Shown here piece after piece: positions 53,201 to 64,000 of a stretch of DNA of 64,000 nt. The notes under the pieces were generated by a model. It made no database searches. It was given only the letters and a program-made list of their open reading frames with translations, and had not been told where the DNA came from. Each line of letters begins with the position of its first letter. Position 1 is the stretch's first letter. The position numbers and the translations under genes were made by a program. The stretch comes from Octopus vulgaris (taxonomy: Eukaryota): NCBI GenBank assembly GCA_951406725.2, contig OX597817.1:125364001-125428000 (forward strand), in the 5' to 3' direction.

Positions 53201-53329
53201 GCTAGTAAGCTTGATACAATTAATTTCCTGTTTAAACTCATACACTTTAACAACTCCCAGAAAAAACATGAAAAAGAGAACATTACAGAGGGTCAGCGAT
53301 CTTGGAAAAAAGATTGAACATATTGGTTA

Positions 53330-54400
53330 GTTTGGAGCTGATAGTACTAAATGAACCATGAATCATAAAAGATGGAAAAACAAATAGGTTAGGAGTGACT
53401 GAGTGATGGAAGTATGAGATTAGCCAGCTTCCAGGAACAGAGACCTTTTCAATAGTAACAGAAAAGAGACATACAAGACAGAAAGCTTGTAGGGTGGAGA
53501 CTGGAGTGTATCTGTTAGCAATTAACCCTTTTGTTACTGTATTTATTTTGAGATGCTCTGTGTTTCTTTCAAATACTTTAAGTATAACAAAGAGTTTAGT
53601 AAAATAACTTAGTTATCATTCAGCTAGTGATAGGAACATAAATTGTGACTAAGGTTCAGTGGAAGATTTTAATTCAAATCTTATGACAACAAGACATTTG
53701 TATTCAGAGCCAGAGCTGATGTCCCCTGGGTTGGTGACGAAAGGGTTAAACACCACTTAGTCAAGTAACCATTCTCTGGATATGATCTGGTATGTCTGTA
53801 TGCATAACAGCAATAGTATCCCAGATGTGAAAGGAATACTCCATGGTGGGCCACTGTTGTGCCTTGTAAAATGTCAGTAGTTGTTGAGGGCTGAAATATT
53901 TTCTATTCTTGAAAAGGAGGGCCAGTCTTCAAACTATACTAAGGGTATGCTTTAACCTGCATAAATTCTCTGTGTTAGTGAGACCTAGCATTTAGAGTGA
54001 CTGTAAGGGATCTAGTTGAGTACCAGTAATGGTTAGTGAAATGTAGTGGTGCTTTATTGATATGAGTAGTTTTGGGTCTTTTTTACTGTTCCAAGAAACA
54101 AGGTATGTATGACCCTGTTGAAGGAGGTTTTCAAGGTTCCCATTTATGAAATCAATGCAGATTTAGTGAGTGATGTATCAACCACATGTAGATGAGATGG
54201 TACTTGATTAGGGAAAGCTGAGGAAGAATAAAGGGTTGTGTTATCTACATAAGAGTGGTCATTGCTGAATGTGGCCAAAAAGTATGTCATTGATGCATAG
54301 TAGGAAGAGAGTGAAGGACAAAACCAAATTCTAGAGAATACCAGGGTTGATGAGTCAATATATATCTGAATGATATGATCAATTAGGATGTGCACCTATG
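53330..54400 (-). pseudogene. Decayed CR1/Jockey-type LINE RT fragment, interrupted by a MITE
   Basis: HSYVDNTTL (YADD.TL) preceded by a G...GS...P.L-like stretch and followed by LENLLQ...LVSWNSKKTQ. Confidence 0.55.
53522..53749. mobile_element. piggyBac-type MITE
   Basis: TTAA-cccttttgttac ... gtgacgaaaggg-TTAA. Confidence 0.8.
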
Positions 54401-55693
54401 CATAATTTTCTTCTTATATGATGAGTGTTCCTCTTCTAAGTGTCCATTTAAAAAGGTTAATCTATCTGCCTATAAGCCACACAGACAGGCTACACACTCA
54501 AGTGTGTAGCTAACTTCATAAACAGACCGTTTTTCTTATTTTGCAGTCTCAAAGAACACAATCAGTTTGACAGTATTGGAATTTAGTTAAAAAGAAGTAT
54601 GTGAAGTCATTCACCCACACTTGGTGACAAAGAGGTCAGAGGCTTCAGTTTTAGTTTTTATGTAATCTACATATGGTATCACCAGGCATTTCCAGTCTTT
54701 TATGTATAAAAGTATTTTTATTAGGAATTTCTTGATCCTGTATTGCATGGATGTAACATGATGTAAGATGTTATAATCTTGTCAGTATTTCATGCAAGGC
54801 TTGTAGCGAGGTTAATTTCCTCTGTGACTTTTTTAAATTCCAAATGCCCATGAATAACTATCTTAGTTTTATATTTTGTTACAGAGTAGAATATCCCCTA
54901 GTTTCAAAGAAGGAAGAGATCTGTATTCTTCTTTACATTTAGTAGATATTCTGATTCCTGTGCTCATATTTGGATAAGTGTGCATGCATATGAACAAATG
55001 TGCATGTATATTTATCTATATATGTATCTATGTTATTAACTGATGGTGACAGGGTGTTGATTTTTGTAATTTTTATTTTCATTCTGCCACATCTTGGGTG
55101 AAAGGTCAATAAATTATCCATCAGTGTTCACTTACTCTAGTAATCAATATAATTAGCTATACTCCCAACTTTCATTATAAAAATGGCCTTATGTCTAAGA
55201 ACGAAATCAATGTATTAAAAATATAAGTATTAAAAATTAAAAACATAAGTAAATACTAAAAGTTTTTATCTGGCTTTTATATTGACAGCATGAAGGCTAG
55301 ACAAGATAAACCATCTGCATTTGTTAACAAAAACATTTTGCAAAAGATATCAAAATTACCTTAAAACATTCTGCAACATTGTACAGCAAGAAATCAGAGT
55401 ACATTTTCCTTATTTTTATATGTTACATTCTGTTTTTATGTACCAAACTTAATTAAGTAACAATCACAAAATAAAGTAAATAAAACTAAAAGAAGTGCTA
55501 TCTGGGTAAAATTTACCATTTTTTTTTCTTTTACATTCTCATCAATCAAATCTTCATCATAATCTCTCAGCTATTTTGGCAAAATATTTATTCTGAATTT
55601 CAGCACCATTTTTTTAATCTCCTCTACTTATTTTTAGTTTTTAAATTCACCTTCTTATTTGATCTATTTCCAATCAACGCAACTGTGTTTTTC

Positions 55694-55904
<211 letters not shown>

Positions 55905-55966
55905 GCACACACAAAAATATATATATACAAATATTTATATATATAGGTATGTATTTATGCATAATA

Positions 55967-56002
<36 letters not shown>

Positions 56003-58454
56003 TGCATGCATGAATGTATGTATGCATGTATGCATGTATGTATGCACATATGTATGTATAATTTCCAAATTAAACCAAAGATAAACTCCAATAAACCTTC
56101 AATCATCCTTCTGCCTAGTTGTGATGATTTTTCCCATTAAGCAAAAACAAACAACCAATGAAAACACAATGAAAAGTAAACAAACAACAACAACAAAAAG
56201 CTATCGGTCAATATTGTATTACAAGAATTAACTAGCTTTTCTCTCCCCACTACCACGAACTCCCCACTCACCCCTTTTTTTAGTCTATTCAGAAAATAAT
56301 ACCTCTATGCTTGCCACAATCTATCAGTTGCAAGCCAAGTACGATCGTTCTTTTTTACTTTGTTTTTGCACTTGCTATTGTTTTCTATTTATCTTGGTTA
56401 AGTATCATACATAAGCAAAGAAAAAAAAACAGAAAGTAACAAAATAAACAAAAACAAACAAAAAACTAGCAACAAATAAACAATGGTAGTATATGAGATA
56501 AAACATTTCAGCAGCAGGAATTTCCATGAGTTTTTGTTCTTCTAAGTTTCAAACTAAACTGATGAATGAAAGCTCATTATAATTTGCTATCAGTTTATTA
56601 TAATTTAAAGAATGAAAGGAAGTTCTGTATATTTGCGTGTATATATGCATGCATGTCTGCATGTGATTTTGTGTGTGAGTTTATATGTTTATATATGAGT
56701 GCTTATACATGTGTATGAATATTTTGCAAAAGTAAAACTAATATTACTTGTTAAACAATATTATAATGGAGAGTAATTAAATTTTCTTCACAGATGCTGT
56801 ATTAAAATTTAATTTTAAGGGTGTATTAACTATTACTAACATTTCTTCAGCTACTACTAATTATTTCGGTAAACATTAAAAAGAAGAAGCTAAATCAGTC
56901 TATTATTACTCAATCAGAAATTTAGTTTGTTACGCATCTGTTTTTCTGTATTTTACATCCTAGAAAATCTGTTAACATTATTTTATCATCATTCTATACT
57001 AAAACTTTCTTTGCATATAATTTTACAAGCTGCTAGAGTCAGTGTTCTAATGAACAAATAAGACTTGTTGATTACAAACTTTGTCGACTAGATCTTGATA
57101 CTAACTCCAACTTGTATACTTGATTAACAAACTTATCAACCCAAACCATGGGTATAGAAAGAAGAGAACCTAAGAAAACTAGAAAGAAATGAAGTGAGTC
57201 TCCTCCATTCGATGTGAAATGGGATTGTGCATGAATGTCATCATACAAATATACTGAGACAAAAATTTGGTATAAGGGAAATAGATGTTGTGTTCAATAA
57301 AGAGGACTGCACTGTGATGGACATGTGATGTATGTGTGTATGAAGGCAACTGTATAATGAAATGCTGGTTACTAAATATGGATGGAGGTTACTGAAAATA
57401 GAGACTCAAGAAGACATGGGGCAAAATTATGAAGGTTGATCTTAGAGCCTTGAACATATCAGAGGAAATGGAAAAGGACTGGGATAATTGGCAATATCAA
57501 TTTTTGAGAAGACCAGCTCAACTCCATGAAACTAAGTTCTTTCTAGAACCATTGTGTGTGTGTGTGTGCGTGTGTGTATGTGTGTGTGTGTGCATGCGTG
57601 AGTATGTGCCAGAAGCTTCTGGGTCCAATTTCTCATTCAAGACACCCCACCACTTTTCTTCTTTAACTGCAACTCTTCCTTGACACTACCAAATTTTCCC
57701 AACCCAGAACTGTTTCCCTCGATACATATCCCTCAAACTTAATACTAGTCTCTCTCACTACACTTTACATTAATCCATTTATCCTTGAAGTCATTCATTC
57801 CATACACTATGTATGCCTCTCTCTCCTTTCTCTTCCAAACTTCACATAGCTTCTGGATCATCATTACTATTCTGCTATTCTTCACCCTCATACATCATTG
57901 GTCATCTCCAAACTTTATGCTCCATTCACTACATCCACCCCTCAAGCCAATCATATCTCTACAATTGTCACTCTACATTCTTCCCTATATTCCCAAGCTA
58001 TCATCCACTCAACACTTGTTTGTTATATTTTATTTTAACCTCCTCAGTCATTTCCTCACTCATCTCTCGGTGCTCCACCCTGACCACCCTCACCATTACT
58101 TCTAAAACTGAAACTGCCATGTAGCACTTCTACAGCAAAAAAAAACCTGTTCTTTCTCATGCTTTAATCTCTCATCTACTAGAATACAGTCGCCTCCCTA
58201 AGGGTTCATAAACTTACAAGCTACATAGCAATCTGTCTAGTGCTGGTGGCACAAAACAAATAAAAAACCAAACAAAAAAAACAGTAAATGCTGCAAGGTT
58301 GTTGGTGTTAGGATGAATATCCAGCCATAGAAAATATATTAAAGTAGATGGTTTAAACATGATGCAGTCCTTGGGCCAGTCAGACCTTGTCAAATCATCT
58401 TACCTATTCCAGCATGGAACATGGATGTTACACAATTATATCTATCCATCATTC

Positions 58455-58800
<346 letters not shown>

Positions 58801-58814
58801 CAAATATACCACCT

Positions 58815-58860
<46 letters not shown>

Positions 58861-59204
58861 TATATATTTATATGATGGACTCCCCTGTCAAAGATGATGT
58901 ATAAGCATTCAGCTTTTTGTCAAACAACCTGCATAAATGATTTGTTTTTTGTGATGAAATATTTGTGTCGCCCATTACCCCACTCTCTACATCAAATTGA
59001 CATTGTCTCAATAGGTGCACTGCATACCATGCATCAGGTGTTGAAGTGATCACAGAGCAATGTAAGATGAAGTGTTTGCTCAAGAATGCAATGCATCACC
59101 CGATCTAGAAATTGAAATCATGATCTTGTGACCATGAGTGCAACACCCTAACCACTAGACCATATGCCTTCGCATACACATACATACATACATACATACA
59201 TACA

Positions 59205-59240
<36 letters not shown>

Positions 59241-59290
59241 TATATAAACATACATATATACATTTATACAAACACACACACATGCATGTC

Positions 59291-59343
<53 letters not shown>

Positions 59344-59499
59344 TTTTTATACTCAGACATGTATACTTTTAATCATGATACCATCATGATAATTGTAACT
59401 ATGCTTCACCTATTTAACAAGTTTTCACCTATTTAATTTTTATGCAAAGATGAATTCTCAGCACATTTATTATAAATTCTATATTTCTAGTTAAGCTCA

Positions 59500-59940
59500 T
59501 TTCTTTATATACCAAATCTGTTCAAAGACATGATTCTTTCTATGATCCCAGACCAATATACCTGATATCAAACAGCCTACCATATTCTTAAAAAAAACAT
59601 TCATAATATAGCTGGATATATCATAGATATAAGGTAGCCTTTTCCATTTCACTTCCTTCAATTTACAATACAACTTGGGGGAATTTATATTTTTAATTAA
59701 TACCACAATGAAAGAGTCAATGTTTGGTGAACACCAATAATAATCGAAGTTGTGTCCTGTTTGATTTTCATGTACACCACAATGCATGATACAGAAAGCT
59801 TTTCAATACAAAATGAATAAAACCCAAGACCCAATAGAAGAAGATAGTTTATTGCTCACTGACAACACAGAATTAACCAATGATATGTCCCTATTGACAA
59901 AATCAGATAGCATTTGCAGTATTGGATGCTTTCCAAAACT
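59500..59940 (+). pseudogene. Decayed repeat copy 1, possibly PIF/Harbinger transposase
   Basis: Diverged homology to 62750-63325. Confidence 0.4.
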
Positions 59941-60499
59941 TTACAAGACGTGCATACCTTTATATGTCATAAATAATGCTTTCGCACACATATAGTTGTA
60001 AGTGCTAGAATACCATATTGGTTTTATTGTGTGTGTAGGTGTAAGTGTTAATGTATGTATGTATAAATACATACATATATAGACATACACAAACATTGAT
60101 GCAAGCATGGCTGTGTGGTTAGGCAGCATAATTCCCAACCACTGTATATCAGGTTCAATTCCACTGCATGTGTCTTCTATTATGCTCTCAAGCCAACCAA
60201 AGTCTTGCGAGTGGATTTGGTTGATGGAAACTGGAAGAAGCCTGTTGTGTACATCTATGTGTATGAGTTTGTGTGCATGTGTATATGTGTGTTTGTGTGT
60301 ATGAGTTGACATCTCTTTGTTTTGACATCATGTGGTTATTACAACTGTTGGCGTCATAAAGACAATAACCTTTGCTTCCAATTTTAAACCTCCCCACACA
60401 CATACATGTGTGTCTGTGTGTGTATTTATATTTATGTGTGTTTGTGTGTGTGTGTGCATTTGTGTGTGTTGTGTCTGTGTCTGTGTGTCTATGTGTGTA

Positions 60500-61353
60500 T
60501 ACAGGGTGTGGTGAATAAACTGTCATCTAAGTTATGCAAAAATGAGATATATTTACCAAAATTATGCAAAATTATCTTGAAATACAAAAGAGTAAATTTA
60601 TTCAATAAAATTTCTATTGGCTTTAATCACAGCCTGCAGACGATTTCAGAACCTCCTGTAACTCTTCTGGATGGTTTCCTTGTTTAAGTTGGTGAATGCT
60701 GCCATAATCCTTACCTTCAGTTCATCTTTGGTGTTACAAGGAGTTTTGTTGGTCTCTTGCTCAACTGCGCCCAATACATAATAATCAAGGCAGTTGCAGT
60801 GTGTGGAGTCAGATGGCCAGATGTTAGGGGTTATGTGGTCACAGAAATTGTCTGACAGCTATGACTGGGTTCTCCTGCTTGTGTGGCATGGTTCAGAATA
60901 CTGTTGCCAAACATAGGTCTTCCAGCAGCCACCCTCTTGATCCAGGGCAGCACTACCTCTTCCAGGCGTTTGATGTAGGCCTCCGTGTGGAGTCTGAGGC
61001 CATGTGGGAAGATGAACTGAGGCATAACGTTGCCATCACTAGCGATCACTTCAAACACCATGATGTTGATTGGATATTTGATTTTTATCACTCTTGGTAC
61101 ATAACCTCAGATTGCACTGTCCTCAGATTGACACTCAAACACTCTGAAATGTTTGTATTGGAGAATCTGGCATAGATGCCAAGCAGTACAACATGTCGAT
61201 TCCAAATTTCTGGCAGAGTGAATTGTGTCATGGTGTTGGTTTTCTCACAAACAGTGTCTACTGTAGTATGTAGTCAATAAAATCAAAAACAAACAAGGAA
61301 TATTCGTGAAATTAAAAATATAAATGGCAACAATTTGCCCATTGCACCCTGTA
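60500..61353 (-). mobile_element. Tc1/mariner (maT/DD37D-like) deletion derivative
   Basis: TA-cagggtg ... caccctg-TA ends. IMVFEVIASDGNVMPQFIFPHGLRL..EAYIK..LPWIKRVAAGRP, then WQQ.S.PCH and WPSDS..CN.LDYY. Confidence 0.85.
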
Positions 61354-61358
61354 CATAT

Positions 61359-61935
<577 letters not shown>

Positions 61936-62018
61936 TGTCTATCTGTATATATACATATAATTATAGATACATCTCTATATATGTGTGGAGTATATGTGTC
62001 TGTATATACATACATACA

Positions 62019-62067
<49 letters not shown>

Positions 62068-62256
62068 AAGGGAAAGTTTACGAAAATAAACAAAAGACGA
62101 AGGCAGGTGGAGTACAAACAAACAAATGTATTAGTATAGCGCTCAGGAATAGAAAAAGTCTCTTACGTTTCGACCCTGTGCTCTTCGACAGAAAGATACA
62201 CAGAAAATAACAAGGAGAGAAAAAAATGCATGTAGGAGCTAACAATCTATCATGGC
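62068..62256 (-). mobile_element. Short PLE pseudo-LTR-like repeat with a minimal hammerhead variant (62159-62195)
   Basis: Minus strand cttt CTGTCGA a gagc acag ggtc GAAA cg TA agag; located in (TA)n. Confidence 0.5.
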
Positions 62257-62455
62257 GTACCCTGTACATATATATATATATGTCATTATTATTATTGTTG
62301 TTGTTGTTGTTAACATTATTATTATTTCAACGAGGACATCCTGGGTAGCTGTATTTAACAAGATTTATTGTTTTTAATATAACATTATCTTTACTCTTTT
62401 AGCTAAATGAGTGCATTTTTAATTGTTGAAGCATTACCACATAATACACACACAT

Positions 62456-62510
<55 letters not shown>

Positions 62511-62749
62511 CATATTATATATATGTACAGTATATATATATATGTGTGTGTATGTGTGCATGTGTATAAATATGCATATATGTATATATATGTATATATA
62601 TATATGTGTGTTGTTAAATACAGCTATCAGGGTGTCCTTGCTAAAATAATAATAATGTTATATATACACACATACACGCACGTGCATGCATGTGTGTGTG
62701 TGTGTGTGCATGTGTTTGTGTGTATTATCTGCAATTACACAAGAACCTG

Positions 62750-63325
62750 TTAAACAACTTTTTACATGTTTCCATTCTCCTGTGGAAATGAAATTTCAGA
62801 TGAAATGTCAAATTTCTGGTTGTCTTCTTTTCTCATACAACATGAATTCTATTCACAGACACTATTGATTTTGCTTTGCAAAACCGAGAAACAAGTCATC
62901 AATGGAACAATCTACCATATTCTTAAAAATACTTGATATTATTTCAAAATATATCACAGATAGGTGGCAGCATCTTTTATTTGACTTCCTAAACACACTC
63001 ACTATTGATATATTTATGTGGGTCAAATGTTTTAATTTAGAATACAACTTGCAGGAATTTGTTTTTTAATTAATACCAGGATGAAAGGGTCAATGTAGGT
63101 TGAACACCAATCAATCATGACAACCAAAGTTATATCTTGTTTGGTTTTCTTGTACATCACTATGCATGGTACAGAATGCTTTTAAAGACAATGTTAAGAA
63201 AGACCCAAGACCCAACACATGAAACCAGCTTGTTGATCACTGACAAAACAGAATTAACCATTGATATACCTCCATGAACAAAATTGGATAGCATTTGCTG
63301 TAATGGATTCTTTCTCAACAGTTTA
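62750..63325 (+). pseudogene. Decayed repeat copy 2, possibly PIF/Harbinger transposase
   Basis: ILDIISKYITDRWQHLLFDF, then frameshifted FGFL..(D)GT..RP..RP and QLV...NRI remnants resembling GFIDGT.RPI.RP...Q..YNGHKR.H. Confidence 0.45.
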
Positions 63326-63524
63326 CTTTCATAAGAAAATATGGCAAGCACAAATTCATACTTATATCAAATTACACACATACACAATCAAATTCTTACA
63401 AACACAAACATTCTTATATCTACATAATCATACATATGTATGCATACATAGATACAAACATATACATACATATATAGATATATATACACATACACACACA
63501 CATACATATATATGTATATATTTC

Positions 63525-63749
63525 TTTACTACCCACTAGGGGCTAAACACAGAGGGGACAAAAAGGACAGACACATGGATTAAGTCGATTACATCGACCC
63601 CAGTGCGTGGCTGGTACTTAATTTATCGACCCCGAAAGGATGAAAGGCAAAGTCGACCTCGACGGAATTTGAACTCAGAATGTGATGGCAGATGAAATAC
63701 CGCTAAGCATTTCGCCCGGCGTGCTAGCGTTTCTGCCAGCTTACCGCCT
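63525..63749 (-). mobile_element. Well-preserved tRNA-derived SINE, family C
   Basis: Head ggcggtaagctggcagaaacgctagc, B-box gagttcaaattcc, core gcctttcatcctttcggggtcgataaattaagtaccag. Confidence 0.85.
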
Positions 63750-64000
63750 ATATACATATATATGTATATGTCTGTGTGTATACGTGTGTATGTGCATCAC
63801 CATCATCATCATCATCATTGCATATTGTTTACTTTCAGTGCTACTACAAGTCGAATACTTTGATGGTCCCTTGTCAGTTGGAAGACCCTCGTATGCTCTA
63901 GAGGCCTGTTTTGATATGCTTCCTACAGCTAGATGTGCTTTCTAATGCCATCCATTTTACAGAGTATTTTGGGAACATTTTTCTGCTACCAGTACTAGTG

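Noticed and set aside
54489-54510. Perfect 9-bp hairpin gctacacac-tcaa-gtgtgtagc
   Set aside because: It is isolated and adjacent to a decayed LINE, with no further support for function.

Overview
AT-rich, microsatellite-dense eukaryotic DNA. Its SINE and LINE repertoire resembles Octopus (cephalopod); this is an inference from repeat families. No host protein-coding gene can be supported, so the window reads as intron or intergenic DNA. The only long real ORF is a young, 5'-truncated R4/Dong-type non-LTR retrotransposon (RT, CCHC, RLE endonuclease) inserted in a (TAA)n tract. The rest is tRNA-derived SINEs, decayed RTE, CR1/Jockey and Penelope-like (PLE) fragments, Tc1/mariner, piggyBac-type and hAT-type MITEs, a non-autonomous Helitron and a tRNA-Gly pseudogene. 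The most notable signal is a set of non-coding elements carrying hammerhead ribozymes (HHR). At 24.6-26.3 kb a ~492-bp unit is repeated in tandem and then mirrored. Each copy has a complete type I HHR whose stem II is extended by a 19-bp G-U-rich hairpin, as expected for a retrozyme or PLE pseudo-LTR and a candidate source of circular RNA. A second HHR-like element with tandem and inverted parts and a 13-bp TSD lies at 44.1-44.8 kb, and several minimal or decayed HHR motifs occur elsewhere. All alignments and folds were done by eye, and boundaries of decayed elements are approximate.
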